A DNA stretch of 64,000 nucleotides from NCBI GenBank assembly GCA_964016885.1, contig OZ024742.1:216876001-216940000 (forward strand), in the 5' to 3' direction. The position numbers and the translations under genes were made by a program. Below are positions 32,920-49,664 of this stretch, piece by piece (within the stretch, counting starts at the first letter, position 1; every line of letters starts with the position of its first letter). The notes beneath the pieces are model-generated. The model did not search any database, had not been told where the DNA came from, and was given only the letters and a program-made list of their open reading frames with translations. Origin of the DNA: Eledone cirrhosa. Its lineage: Eukaryota.

Positions 32920-33060
32920 AATGTCACGTCAATAAGCACTATAAATTTCGCGCCAATTCGTGTTGCAAAAATTCTTGTAGTCAAAACAATTTTGATTGGT
33001 CGATAGAAGTCACGTGAATGTTTAAATTGATTTTAGCGCGAGCTAGTTTCGCGCCAAATG
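32920..33060. promoter_or_regulatory. Cluster of E2F-like, CCAAT, CRE-like and E-box motifs
   Basis: TTTCGCGCCAA at 32946 and 33047; GATTGG at 32994; GTCACGTCA at 32923; GTCACGTGA at 33009. The background is CpG-poor. Function not shown. Confidence 0.35.
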
Positions 33061-33227
33061 TAGGATTGTCGAAGAGTGTCCTTTTTCGCTTGATTTAGTT
33101 GTAGTCATGTTGATAGGTCAACAGTTAAGGTGTCTATTAAGACAAATATGTGTGTGGGGGGGGAGGGGGGTAGCAAAGTGGTTCATTGTTGTGATAATGG
33201 AAATGAATCGGTCATATATATATATAC

Positions 33228-33329
<102 letters not shown>

Positions 33330-33359
33330 TTATATATATATATATATTTATATATATAC

Positions 33360-33453
<94 letters not shown>

Positions 33454-33483
33454 TTATATATATATATATATTTATATATATAC

Positions 33484-33600
<117 letters not shown>

Positions 33601-34025
33601 CATATATATATATATACGTATATATATATATATATACGTATATATATATATGTGTGTGCATATATATGCATATATATATATATATATATATTGCGTTTCT
33701 CTGTGGAAAATCTGAAAACTCTAGGCATGACCAATACACAATAAAATATAGAAATCTATTTAAATATCGTTCGTAACATTCAGTAACGACATTATGATTT
33801 CAGTTAGATAACACCCTATTTCACTACTAACTATATACTGTATCTAGATGAGCTAATCCGTTGAGATTTCACAAATATAGACAAGTAAACTCACGGTTAG
33901 TCGAATTGTCGTGATATCAATCACATAGAAGAACTAACAGCGAGCTGGTTATTGTCCAATCTTCTCACACTCTCCATACAAATATGTTTAACTTTCAATG
34001 TCTGGTAGAATATGTACAATTAGTC

Positions 34026-34097
<72 letters not shown>

Positions 34098-34134
34098 CAG
34101 CAGTAGTAGTAGTAGTAGTAGTAGTAGCAGTAGC

Positions 34135-34183
<49 letters not shown>
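34026..34183. repeat. (GTA)n microsatellite
   Basis: Direct reading. Confidence 0.95.
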
Positions 34184-34643
34184 AATGCGGTTGTTATTGT
34201 CGTTTAGCACTAAGTTATATGATTGAATTATGTGATCTGTGTGTATGTGAATATTTCTATTTCTGTACGAATATATTGTCCAATTACTCATTACTAATAT
34301 GTGAGTACACGCCTGCTTCTCTTCAGATATAAGAACAATGATCATTTGATGATTATTTGGTCGCATATTGATTTCTTGTATGTGCACAAGGTCTAAAATG
34401 TATGAATGATTATTGTCGATTGTATGTTGTTTGTATTAACAGTCACAGAAGTATGAAAGGAAAATTTTCCCTTTGTGGGATTAGAACTCGGAGCGTATAT
34501 GTGTGCTACTGAACGATCAATATAATTAAATTGGAAGCGATACATTGAATGCTATAGGCAAAAAATTCTTCATTAAATTTAAATTTCTATTTTAGTTGGA
34601 TAAGATACAAAAACATATATACATATATGTATATATATATATT

Positions 34644-34746
<103 letters not shown>

Positions 34747-34773
34747 ATATTTATATATATTTATATATATATG

Positions 34774-34844
<71 letters not shown>

Positions 34845-34905
34845 CGGCGATGAATTAGTTTTGCGAGGTTTTTTATATGAAATCGTGTGTCGAAACAGAT
34901 ATTGT

Positions 34906-36692
<1,787 letters not shown>

Positions 36693-36867
36693 TAAATGAA
36701 AGGTATAGAAAATATTGCAGCAAAAAGCCAACAGTATTCCATAGTAAATATATGTGTGTGTGTATGTATGTATGTATGTATATATATACATATAAATATA
36801 TAGTCGTTTAACTTACTGATCAACGTGTATATGCACCCTGAGAAATGGGTTTGTATTTTGAATAATA

Positions 36868-37077
36868 CGGGGTGGCCCAAAAGTCACACTGGGGTCGCAT
36901 GGCCGCCATTTGAAAGTTGTAATTTTTCATAAGTAATGTAGAGATGTGACAAGGATTGTCGAGCGTAAAATAATTATCATTATGTCGTTTTGTTGTATCA
37001 AAATTTCATACTTCAATCTGTAGAATTCAGGAAGATAATAAAAACTAAAACCCCTGTGTGACTTTTGCTCTACCCTG
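36868..37077. mobile_element. Tc1/mariner-type MITE
   Basis: About 27-bp imperfect TIRs (cggggtggcccaaaagtcacactgggg / cccctgtgtgacttttgctctaccctg) flanked by TA on both sides (36866-67 and 37078-79). Confidence 0.8.
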
Positions 37078-37243
37078 TACAAACCTAATTATATCACCTA
37101 ATTATATCATTGAATGAGTAAGGAAGCGGTCGGAGGTGTACCGATTCTCTTCGACCAGATTCGTATATCTGTATGTGTAAATGTGTGTGTGCTTCATGTG
37201 ACATGGTACGTTCAGGCCACATGAAGCAAACGCATTATAAATT

Positions 37244-37280
<37 letters not shown>

Positions 37281-37389
37281 TCGCGCGCGCGCGTGTGTGT
37301 GTGTGTGTGTGTTTGCGTGTGTGAGTGTGTGTATGTGTGTGTGTCTATCTATATACATATATATATGATATATATGTGTGCATATATAT

Positions 37390-37490
<101 letters not shown>

Positions 37491-37521
37491 TGTACATACA
37501 CACACACGCACACACACGCAC

Positions 37522-37553
<32 letters not shown>

Positions 37554-38088
37554 ATGTATGTATGTATATATATATATATATATACATCAATTGTCGAATA
37601 TTCAGATTCTTTTATTTTCATTTTATCTAAATAGCAGTATACTTCTCAATTTATATATAAGCCTTATTAGGAAATAATCTAGTTATTTTGTCATATAAAT
37701 ATTTTTGTATCATCGGAATCATTGAATATATATATCAGCTTTTTAATTTAAATTCATGCTTGTATTTGTTTTGCTTTGAGTTCTGTTTTGTTGTTTTTGT
37801 TTTATTTTATTTTGTTTTTGTCTTTGTTTTTTTTTATTTTTGCTTTTCAATTTCATTGACTGCTTATCTATTTTCCAAGTGTGACAGTTTTGGAGGAATG
37901 GAGAAGTGTTGTTGTTGTTTGTTTTTTAATAATAAATCTGGTGAAGAATATCATTGAGAAATAGGAAGAAAAATAAGAAAATGTCTGAAAAGTAGCGAGC
38001 TATTATGAAAAGGAAATCAAATTTAGAATATATAATTCCTCCATTGGCAAGCCAGGAAATAGTTCAACTGTTGGGGTTAGGTGTGGAA

Positions 38089-38139
<51 letters not shown>

Positions 38140-38196
38140 CGCAGGCGTGTGTATATGATTATGTATATACATAAATACATATATATATATATATAA

Positions 38197-38229
<33 letters not shown>

Positions 38230-38242
38230 AATATATATATAA

Positions 38243-38324
<82 letters not shown>

Positions 38325-39012
38325 TGTGTGTGTGTGTGTGTGTATGTATTTATGTATATACTTAATCATATACACACGCGTGTATATGGTTATATATATA
38401 TATATATCGAATATGTGATTATGATTTTAAGTCTGTAAGTCAATTTGAAGTGTTTTAATAGCTATTGAACTAAAGTGATCGGGTGGGGTTTTTCTGTTAT
38501 AATTCAATTCCTCAATTCATCGTTGCTATTCCAAAACAAAGTATTTCTATGCTGTTTTCGTTTTCGTTTCTTTCTATAAGTTGGTTTTATTTCCTTTCAA
38601 TAGATATATATAGATAAATACACTTTGTATACAGTAAGAACAGTAATCTCTCTTTTTCATCTATAGATATTTCTAACAAGTTCTTAGAGCTACTTAAAGG
38701 CCTGCTATAAAGGAACAAGTAACCTGCTGGCAACCAACTCTGGAGCTATTTCTCATTCACTTAACGCTGATAATCTTGATAAATATTCCACACTCCTCGT
38801 AAGTTGTACATAATAGATATAGGATATCTCGATAGAGTCGCTCAAACTAGTAGATATATCCCCAACCAAATCTCCCTCATATCAAACGCTACTGTCTGAA
38901 AATAAAGGATAATGCAATGACAGTGTTCGAGGTCCGATTAAACTAAACAGTTTCTGTGACGGCAATTTATGGGTAATGTTTTGTGAGATAATTCTTCATT
39001 ATATACGTTCCG

Positions 39013-39156
39013 TTCAAATCCCGCCGAGGTTAGCTCTGCTTTTCATCCTTACGGGGGTCGACAAAATAAAGCACCAGTGATGCACTGGGGTCGACTTAAT
39101 CGATTTTCCTCTCCCTCAAAATTGCTGACCTTGTGCCTAAAGTAGAAACAATTATT
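39013..39156 (+). mobile_element. tRNA-SINE, 5' truncated, long form
   Basis: B-box, core and tail; near-TSD tacgttccgt/tacgttctgt. Confidence 0.88.
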
Positions 39157-40290
39157 TACGTTCTGTGCGATACTGCACATCGGTCCGTCCTTAAAGGGTT
39201 CCGCTAGCATATCCCTTATTTTCCATAAGAGGTTATTAGAACCTCGCTCAACCCTGCTTCATGTCTGGGGAGGGGTGCTATGAGAAGTTTCCAAAACGTT
39301 TTCCACAACACAAATGATTCCGAAGGAGAAGCTGGTGAGGGAGAAGGATCCACACTAGTATTTTACGGGTATTATATTCATAGATCCTGAAGTTGAGGAA
39401 GGTAGGGTTTCTTGTTCTAACAATTCTGTCAATTCGCCGACTTAGTCTGGGGTAAAATATGCATTTGCCTAGTATCAGCTTTACACAGGCCTACTATCCT
39501 TTAAGAACATAAGTAAGACTTTGATATCTAGTCTAAACAAACCAACAATTTCTCAAAAGTCATGAAAATAGTCGAGTATGTTTCTTTTAGAGACTTTTTT
39601 TTCTCTTTGACTAATTCTCGCCTAAAAATTATTTCGGTACTTTGTTTCTATCGCTTCCCGTTGAACTAATTAACCATACAAAAACTGCGTTCTATTTTTA
39701 CACCTTTGGGAGTGCAGAGGATTCAGTATAATTATCTATTTTTCTTAATGATCATCATTTCACTCGCTTACTTTCTCTCTCTCTCTCTCTTCTCTTTCTC
39801 CTATTTATCTCTTCTCTCTCTACTCTCTGTGTCCTCTTTCTCCTCTCCCATCCCCTCTCTCCCCTCTTTCCCCTCTCCCATTTCATTTATCTCTCCTCTC
39901 TCTCTCCTCTCTCCTGTCTCTCTCCTCTCTCTCTCCTCCCTCCTCTCTCTCTCTCTCTATTTCTCAAACACACTCACAGACAATAACACACACATATATA
40001 TACAAATGCCAACCACCCACACATACATTATATATATGTGTATGTGTATTTAGTCGAAAAGATTCACCCAGCCCTGTTTTATCGCCTTTTGTTGTCTTGT
40101 TTGTCATGTTACAATCTCGTGTGCGTTGGCATGAATGATACAAACTTTAAAGCACTAAAATCATAGTGAACTTCAATAATTATGTATGTCCTTGTCGCGT
40201 GTGCACATACTTTGAATTATACACATATGCAGACACACAGACAGTCACATATAGACACACATACACATACGCGCGCGCGCGCGCACGCAC

Positions 40291-40350
<60 letters not shown>

Positions 40351-40410
40351 ATATAGATTATATATTTTTTTATCTTTTTGCTGGCAATGCTTACTTTTCA
40401 TTTTGATATA

Positions 40411-41102
40411 CTGTAAATTTTTACACCAAAATGTAATTTTAGTAAAATGAAGCTCTAAAAATTATAGTTTTTAGCCTATACATTATTTGAGCTATTTAAG
40501 GTATAAGACTGAAATAGTTTTATTTTAGACTATTCTTATATTATTGCTACTCCCTTTAATTAATTAAATTAATCTAGGTTGAGTTGTTTATATTTGAAGG
40601 TTTTTATGGGTCTATTTCTAGCTTCACTTTAACCTCTGGCTTTTAACGTCAGACCTACTATTTTAAAGCTAAAAGCAAAGGAAAATCTATTTATAATATT
40701 AGAGTATCTTTTTGCTGTGAGATGGCTTTGCTGTCTGGACATGTAACAGCACAAGGCATTTCACATGAATTTTTTTGTAAAAGACATAAGGTGTGTTTTA
40801 AGACAATGCTTACTGATGAGTTTTCGGCCTCTTAATTTCTTAATTAGTTATCTTAATTAATATCTATTTCTTCATCGGAACGAATAGCGGTGTAAGCACG
40901 AATTTATCGGTGAAATTATATTTTTTGTTTTAAACTGTATTTTTTGCTTGCATTGGTTACTTTTAATATACGGTAAATTTTTACAGCTAATATAATTTGG
41001 GAAAACTGAAGCTGTACAAATGGTAAATTTTAGCCTATACAGTATTTGAGCTATTTAAGGTGTAATATGACTGAATTAGATTTATTTTAGTCTATTCTTA
41101 TA
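40411..41102 (+). mobile_element. Probable Penelope-like remnant: about 130-bp diverged direct repeats enclosing a hammerhead-like core
   Basis: Direct repeats 40411-40540 and 40971-41102; CTGATGA at 40813; ends in (TA)n. Confidence 0.45.
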
Positions 41103-41905
41103 TATATATATCGGATTTTGCCTTTCCTTTGGACAACATCGGTGGCCTGGTCTTCCACAAACAACCTTGCCCAGATTTGTGCCTCGGGGGTTTACTTTCT
41201 AGGGGCAAATCCCATGGTCATTCGTGGCCGACGGAGGTCTTTATATATATATTGTTTGTTTGGCTTGTCTTTCGTCGTGATATATGTCTAACATTTACGG
41301 AACCATTAGAGTCAACGTGATATATCCTAAGCCATATCAGTTAATTTTCCCTGCTTCGATTTATATAGCTGAGAATTAATTAATAGCCTGGGAAATTAAA
41401 CGAAAGACATTTTCGATCTGTTGGGTGAAGAGTTTTAAAAGTAAAAATATCATATCAATACAACTTTATAGAAGGGGAAATATATATATATATATATACA
41501 TATATTTGTGTGTGTGCTTATATACATATATATGCATGCATACACACGTACATGCATACATACATACATACATACATACATACATACATACATACATACA
41601 TACATACATACATACATACATACATACATACATACATACATACACTCATCGTTAAACCTGACGGATGCCCATTCATATATATTACTTTCCTTGTTTCAGC
41701 CTTCGAGCTAAGGTTATGCTGTTCTTGGTGTAGCACCGTTGAACTACTTCATTTTCCGCTGTTGGGTAACCATAACTAAGAGCAATATTCAAGGCAGCTG
41801 AGAACAAATGCCCCCCCCCCCCCCACACAGGATCTACATAGTTTTCTGGTCTCTTATCCTGAATGATCTCGGAATCCATCCGGCCATTTGTCTGCGTATT
41901 GTCTC

Positions 41906-42357
41906 CGCCTTGATGATATGCTCATGAAACGGCGCAACAATTATCGTATCTTTTCCTAGTTCACGCAATGATTTTGAGTCAACGAGTCCAACTTACCTGG
42001 GTTGTATTTTACTCCACGGACAGTGCCTTGGCTTGAGTCAGACGCTGTGACAGCGAGTGGACCAGCAGTACCGTCTGTAGAGCTTGAAACTACTAGAAAG
42101 TCCATCTCCATGGCTGAAGACCTTGGAGTTCTATGTTTTTCGTTCGTCTTTTAATTTTCAACAAAGATTTTTTTAAGGTTTCTCCATCAAAACAATTGTT
42201 CATTATGCCTTGCTTTCGTTCGTTATCCGCTCTCTATTATTTTTGCTAAATTTTCGCCTTGATGATATGCTCATGAAACGACGCAACAATGATCGTAACT
42301 ATTCATAGTTCACGCAATGATTTTGAGTCAACGAGTCCAACTTACCTGGGTTGTATT
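41906..42357. repeat. A-B-A arrangement: about 103-bp direct repeats flanking a 240-bp unit that recurs at 45018-45258
   Basis: 41906-42008 matches 42255-42357; 42007-42249 matches 45018-45258 with few mismatches. Confidence 0.9.
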
Positions 42358-42630
42358 GTGTTTGTGATAGTGAGTTGGTGCGAAATTCTCCGACATTAAA
42401 CCGCATGTTATCTTCGACCCATTTGATATCGCATCTAAATAATTCTGTGAGAAACATCAGTAAGTGTTCTCGATTGTCTGTGCTATTTTGTATTCTCAGC
42501 ATAGCTCCTAAGACATGTACATACATACATGCATACATACATACAAATATGTATATATATGTATATATATATATATATACATACATATGTATATACAAAT
42601 ACATACATGCACGCGCACACACGCACATAT

Positions 42631-42720
<90 letters not shown>

Positions 42721-43145
42721 CATGTACACATACATATACATGTACATATACATATATATAGTCAGAGGTAGATTTTCCAAGTACGCAACATTTCAATCAA
42801 CAGATTAACACTCCCAATTGCAATACAATGAGTAATATTTTATATGATTTGAAGAATATTTTATTAGATTAAACTTCGTTAATATGAATAAAGAGGAAAA
42901 TGAAATATAAAATAATATCAAAGCTGATTGATTCATTATTCACTGAAAATAATCATTCAGCACTATGAAAAAATTGTATTAAAATCTAAATACATTATAA
43001 TTAATGCTGGTGAAATGAAAAAAAAATGTATATATAATTTTCTTTTTGCCTTTTGTTTTTTTTTTATTTTCTTTCTATTTCTTTTATTAATTTGGAATAA
43101 TACTTTAATCTATTGTGAAAATTATGCCGTTAGTATTTATGCATG

Positions 43146-43251
<106 letters not shown>

Positions 43252-43391
43252 GGGCTAGGGCGCGTGTATTGGCAATAATACTTTATCAAGGGAAATCATT
43301 TTCCAAGCTGATAAAATATATTTTCATAGTTACAGAAAATTACTACTGCTGCATTGCGTGTATGCGTATATAAGCATATATATGTGTGTGC

Positions 43392-43462
<71 letters not shown>

Positions 43463-44030
43463 TATATATAACCATATGTATTTCTGTTTATATAACTTTA
43501 TATATACCTATATAGCTATATGAGTATATATATAAAAATGTATGCATATTTATATACTAGTGTATGTGTTAAGTGCGTATGTGTATTTAAAGGTATAAAT
43601 TAATGTATATAAGTAATTCATCTCATTACCGTCAGCACCACATTCAAAGAAAATTGGCTTCATCTTCAAAAATTCGCCAAGAAATTCGGAAATTGCATGA
43701 AAGGAATTCTGTTATTTTAAAAACCCAATTCTCCCTCTTACATTTTTTTTTACATTTATGTAACTTGAAGTATTTCAAAATCTAATGAAATTATGTCTAA
43801 TTTCTTATTCTAAATACCTCATCAGTGAAAGATTTTAATGACATTCTTATCTTTTTTTTTTCAGTTCCTTTTGTTTTTTGTTTATTTGTTATTTTTCTAG
43901 GGATATATTTTTATTGTTTGTTTTCATAATGTTTATTATTGATCCGTAACTGCTATGGCATTACAATTCAAAACCTAATTTTAGTTATATATGTATACTA
44001 TTATGTGCGTATGGGTGTGTATGTATATAA

Positions 44031-44071
<41 letters not shown>

Positions 44072-44526
44072 GAGAGATGTATATATGCATATATACATCT
44101 CTCTCATATATTATATGTATGTGCATATATATATGTGTATATGCATACACATATTTATATATATGCACATACATATAATATATATATGCATTTATATACA
44201 TACATATACATTAGAATATACACGAGAATTAGTTTAGATATTTGTGAACACATGAAACGTACTTTTTCGCTTATTACCTAATATTACAAGTGCCAAAAAC
44301 TTCGTCACGAACTGATCAGAGACAATTTCAAATGATAAAATGCGTTTTGCCTGCTATCAACTTATCTTTTATTCAAATATAGTATATCAAGAACAATTTT
44401 AAGATACTGGGAGGTTATTTTAGCGAGCCTTTTTCTGATATTTCTAGAAGATCAATCGGTCTTAATTGTTATATTATATAATGATATATATATATCATTA
44501 AATATATCATTATATATATATACAAT

Positions 44527-44710
44527 ATAGGGCGGTGGATTGGCAGTATCGGTAGAGGGTCGGACGCCATGCTTTTCAGCATAGTTACGTCCCTTTACGT
44601 CTGAGTTCAAATCCCGCCGAGGTTGACTTTGCCTTACGGGGTCGATAAAATGAAGTACCAGTAATGCACTGGGTAATTTCTGGCCTTGTGCCTAAAATAG
44701 AAACAATTAT
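44527..44710 (+). mobile_element. tRNA-SINE with 25-bp flanking direct repeat
   Basis: atatatcattatatatatatacaat at 44502-44526 and 44711-44735. Confidence 0.9.
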
Positions 44711-45261
44711 ATATATCATTATATATATATACAATCCTTTTCGTTTTGCTTTGTTTTGGTTCCTTGTCCGGTCTATTTTCCTAATTTTATTATTACTAAT
44801 CTGTGACGAGTGTGTTCTGTCTTCTCCCGCCCATAATTTCAATGGAATGCAGTCTTACTTTCTTCTTCTTGCCTTATTTCCTTTGTTTGCTTTTTTTTCG
44901 TTCTGTACCTCCTTCTTTCACTAGACCATGTTGCACAATACCTTCTCCTAAGTCGTCACCTTCTCCTATGTCTACCTGTTATGGCTTAATTGCTATAAGT
45001 TTTTGTTCTTCCTTGTCTTTTACTCCACGGACAATGCCTTGGGTTGTCTCAGACGCTGTGACAGCGAGTGGACTAGCAGTACCATCTGTAGAGCTTGAAA
45101 CTACTAGAAAGTCCATCTCCATGGCTGAAGACCTTGGAGTTCTGTTTTTCGTTTGTCTTTTAATTTTCAACAAAGATTTTTTTAAGGTTTCTCCATCAAA
45201 ACAATTTTTCATTATGCCTTGCTTTCGTTCGTTATCCGCTCTCTATTATTTTTGCTAATTT

Positions 45262-45361
<100 letters not shown>

Positions 45362-46149
45362 AGAGAGATGTTGTTTCACCCAAAATTAGCTCTGATCAAG
45401 TAAATATATTATTAATGGCATTCTACCATTGGTTATTATGCTTTTATTTGTATATCAAGGACTACATTAGCCAATGTCTATTTTATAAATAACTGTTTCT
45501 GGCAATTTGAACTACCAATTTTGGTAGGCCTGGCGAACAGCTGGAAATGTATCTTGAATTGCATTCATATTGAAATGTTGTGTGCTATTCTGATGTCTCT
45601 GTTGTGATTAAGTATCTGGGAACTTATGTAACATAAACAACTATAGCTTAAGGTGTATCTAGTTATATTTGTAAATGCATGCATACTAAATAGTAGGCGC
45701 TTTTACTACCCTTGTAAATAATAGGTATTGACTCTATATAACTATTTTGTCCATTGAAAATGCATCTCTTTATTACATTAATATAGTATGAGGAAGGGGA
45801 TTGTCATATACTAATAGTGCTGGAGATGTGCTTAAAGACTTTAGACGTGAGGCTGTTTTTGACATTATAAGTATTGTCTTTATTATTTATCGACAGGGTG
45901 CCAATGAAACATCCATTTTTGCAATTTTTATTATCCTAAGATAAAATTAACTAGCTTATTTCTAATTCAACCTAGGTATGAGTGTGTATGTATATTATTT
46001 TTTTACTGAATGGTGTTACTGCATTACCGAGGCTGCACCTTGGTTATCTGCAGTGTTGTTTTTGGTAGTGTTATTTCTATTATATTGAGAGTACACCTCT
46101 TAATATGTGTACCTAGTTGAGCTATGTTCTGTATGCTGCATATATTTAT

Positions 46150-46380
46150 AAGTCCAGGGGTTTTGGTTATGTATTTGTCTGAGTGTTCTTTAATCATTCT
46201 CATAGAGAAACCATTATTATAGTAATTGTTTCTGTTTTCATGATCAACATTCCGGTTAATTCTATCTCCAGAACTTTCTATTCGGATAATTTCTCTATTT
46301 CCTAGATGGGTATAATTTTGTCTGTAGGGATAGATAGATCAATTAAAAGACATTTTTATTTTGATCAGTCGGCCTTGATT
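46150..46380 (-). mobile_element. Decayed R4/Dong-type RLE fragment
   Basis: Minus-strand translation KCLLIDLSIPTD...EIEKLSE...LEIELTGML.MKTETITII aligns with ORF 58949..59401. Confidence 0.65.
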
Positions 46381-47147
46381 CCGTGTCTATATGTAAAGGC
46401 ATCATAACTATTGTCGTTGGTGATGTTGTTGTTGTTGTTGTTGCTGCTGTTAGTATTATTATTATCATTATTAATATCATTATTCGTCGTTGAAGTGATT
46501 GCACGTGCTATCGTGAGTTCGAGTAGGTTTGTTATTTCTACGGTTTTAAATACGTTTGTTATTAATAGTTTTGTTTCAAAAGTGGCATAACACGTTAGTG
46601 TTTCCCTCAAGAAGGAACTCCCCATAACATTTAGGCCTTTTGGCCCAAATATTTAATCTGTGTATGTTTAAACCCCCACAACTACCTACTCCATTACTAC
46701 CACCACCGACACCACCACCACTGCCATCATCATCACCTACCCCATCTTCACCTCAGGCAACACCACATCAAACACAGAAAGCACCAACATCCCAAAAGCA
46801 GACACAATACACAACTATAGACACAGACAACACAAAGCTTTTAAATTACAATCAACACCACCACCAACATCACAGGAACAAATTACATACAAACCATCAA
46901 AATAGCACCTCCCACACATAAAAATGATTGAAATCTCTCAAAAGAATAACACAACATTAAAGAAAAAGTTCCCCGCGCCAAATGGAGACTATCGTGGGAC
47001 CTTCTCTAAAAGAATATACTCTGACATTCTCATGGAGAAATCCACCATTGGTCGAAAGAATAGATCTCCCACCCTCTTTCTAAAAAAAGCGAAAGGTAAG
47101 GTTTTTACTTTTCCCCTCTCACTTATTTTCTTCCTATCTTAGCCAAC

Positions 47148-49615
47148 ATGGCTTCTCTCAGGATAAGCAGTATGAATGTACGTGGCCAGGGGTCGTCTTG
47201 GAAGCAGGGTGACCTGCTCAACGATCTCAGGTCGCTAAACATAGATGTAGTGGCCATCAGCAAGACCAGAATCTCCGAGGCACGGGCATTCGCACCCATT
47301 TTCGGAGGCTACGAGGTATACACATCTCCAATCCGTCCCGGATCAGGAGAACGACTGGCTGTGTTGTTCCGGAGTAGTCTGAATCTCGAGATACGGGCCG
47401 TCTTCGTGGACCCAGATAGTAAGTTGGTGGTGCTGGGCGTAACCAGCGAAGAAGGGCAAGCTTTCAGGCTAGTGGCTGTCTACTCCCCCGACAGGGACAG
47501 GACAGCCTGACTTCTTCCGGTGACTGGAGACCTTTTTAGGAACGTCCCGCTCCTTTGTGTTAGTGGACGACTGGAACGGGATCTTAGATGCACGACAACC
47601 TCCACCTCATGCGATATATCAGATAGGTAGCTAGGGAACCTGGCACGGGTGGGTCCTTGATCAAATGAGTTCAGTCGAAAGCCTTCGATAAGGTCGACCA
47701 TCATTATATGGCGGCGGCCCTGAGAGCGGCCAACTTTGAACGCGTCTTCAGAGGCTGGATCGCTGCCATGCACAGGGACATCTGCTCTTTAGTAAGAGTG
47801 GACAGTCACTTTTCGGAACCGTTCAACATCATGCGCTCGGTCCCTGTTGTACGTATTGACTCTCAAGCCATTACTACATAAAATGGAGACGTTGAGGGGT
47901 GGGGGGCCTCCCGCGGGAACTGGGATGCCGGAGAACTATGTCAGCATATGCCGACGACGTCACCATAGTGGTGTCGTATGCCAAACACATCGAGGTGATC
48001 GGCACTAAACCAAGTGAATACGAGGCAGTGACAGGAGCAATGATCAACCAGGAAAAGTCGATGGGTCTGCGGCTCGGCACCAGGAGAGGCATGTATATGC
48101 CGTCCAACAGCGTCTTCGGGCGGACTGACCAGTTAAATTGCTAGGGGCCTCATTCGGTACGGACCTCCGGATGGACAAAAACTGGGACGAGGTGGCGAGC
48201 AGAGTGGCCTCTCTCACCCAGAAATGGGCCGAGAGGAATCTATCTCTGAAAGGTCGAGCGGAGGTGGTGAACGCGTACATCACGTCCGTCATCTACTACC
48301 GCCTGACCGTCGACCCTTGTCCTAAGCCTCGCCTAACTACGCTGGAGCCTTTGCTCTTTCGCTCTTTGTGGAAGGGATGCGCTTCCATGGTCAGGAGGTC
48401 CGCCTGCTGTCAGCAGCCGCTACACAGAAGGCTGGGCATGCCGTGGCTGATGATGTGCAGACATGCACTCAGTCTACGGCATCTCCACCTCTTCCTCGAC
48501 GGTGATCAGGTGTGGTTGCCGTTTGCTAGACACGTATTTCCCCAGCTCGTCTCCTTGACGGAGCTGCAGTCTTGGGTCAAGCGAAGACAGAGGGGGAGCG
48601 CTGGGAGACTGGAATGTCTTCAGGCGCTCACAGCCCTTGACCAGTCGGGCGATGCGATCGGTGGAAACTCCACCTTGGTGTTCTATTGAGGGTTAGTGGA
48701 GGGAAAGGGAGACGACGTCCTTGGGGAGACTCTGGGCGTCGACGAAAATCAACTAGCCAATCTCTTCGGGAGAACTTTCGGGCCGGGGCCCATGGAAATC
48801 TTCCAGAAATTCCTGGCCTGGCAGTGTTACCGAGGAGCTTTGCAAGTTCGGGATAAACCCTACAGTCATGGAAGTGCCGTCAGCTGGGCCTGTCCGAGAT
48901 GCGCGAAGGGCGATGAAACCGTCCTGCACGCACTCGCCCAGTGTCCGAGCATTGCTGACTTGTGAGTTTATGTCGAACACTTTCTGTCGCGTGTAGGACG
49001 GATCCGGCTATCAGCTGAGTCTATCGTGAGGGTTGCCTCGCCGCCTTACTTTAGCCGGGAAGGGCAGGCAGTTTTTATCTGCCTGGTGGCCATGTAAAAG
49101 AGGTGGTATGGTGGACGTGTCTGAAATGGTTGAAGCGGACACTTTCCTCTTCAGTGACGCCCTCATTAACTTTTTCAGGTTTCACCTGTAAAGGAAAATC
49201 AGGATGGAGAGGGAAGTGCTACATTCCAGCCAGTTTGTCGAAAGCTGGGTGAGAGAGACAAGAATGGCCCGTGTGAATGGGCCTGCCCTGAGTGTGTGAC
49301 TGTAGTACCATAGGAGGAAAACTAGAAGCGGAAGCTTTCCCGAGCTGTCAAGGTGGTCGTGGCTTTTTCTCCACGAGCGACCCTCGGAAGTCTCCCCTCT
49401 ATTAGGAAATGTTTCATTGTTTCGTTTTTTGTTACATCCTCTGTTTGTTTGTTTGTTTGTTTGTTTTTTGTTTCTTTTTTGTTTTTTTTTTGTTGTTTTT
49501 TTTTTGGGGGGGGGGGGGGGGTTACACGCAGAAATGCCCATTTGTACCGTCCTGTATTGTCCTGTGTTGTCCTTAATGTTATACTTTGTGTGAACCCTAG
49601 TGGTTAATAAAAAAA

Positions 49616-49620
<5 letters not shown>
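47148..49620 (+). mobile_element. L1/Tx1-type LINE, ORF2 pseudogene with a large internal deletion; upstream 46640-47147 may be the ORF1 end and spacer
   Basis: ORF2 start MASLRISSMNVRG (APE motif); VAVYSP; DWNGILD; KAFDKVDH; YADD; WQCYRGAL...CPRC...ETVLH. Collinear with the 55.3-58.7 kb copy; ends in (ATT)n. Confidence 0.93.
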
Positions 49621-49648
<28 letters not shown>

Positions 49649-49664
49649 TTATTATTATTATTAT

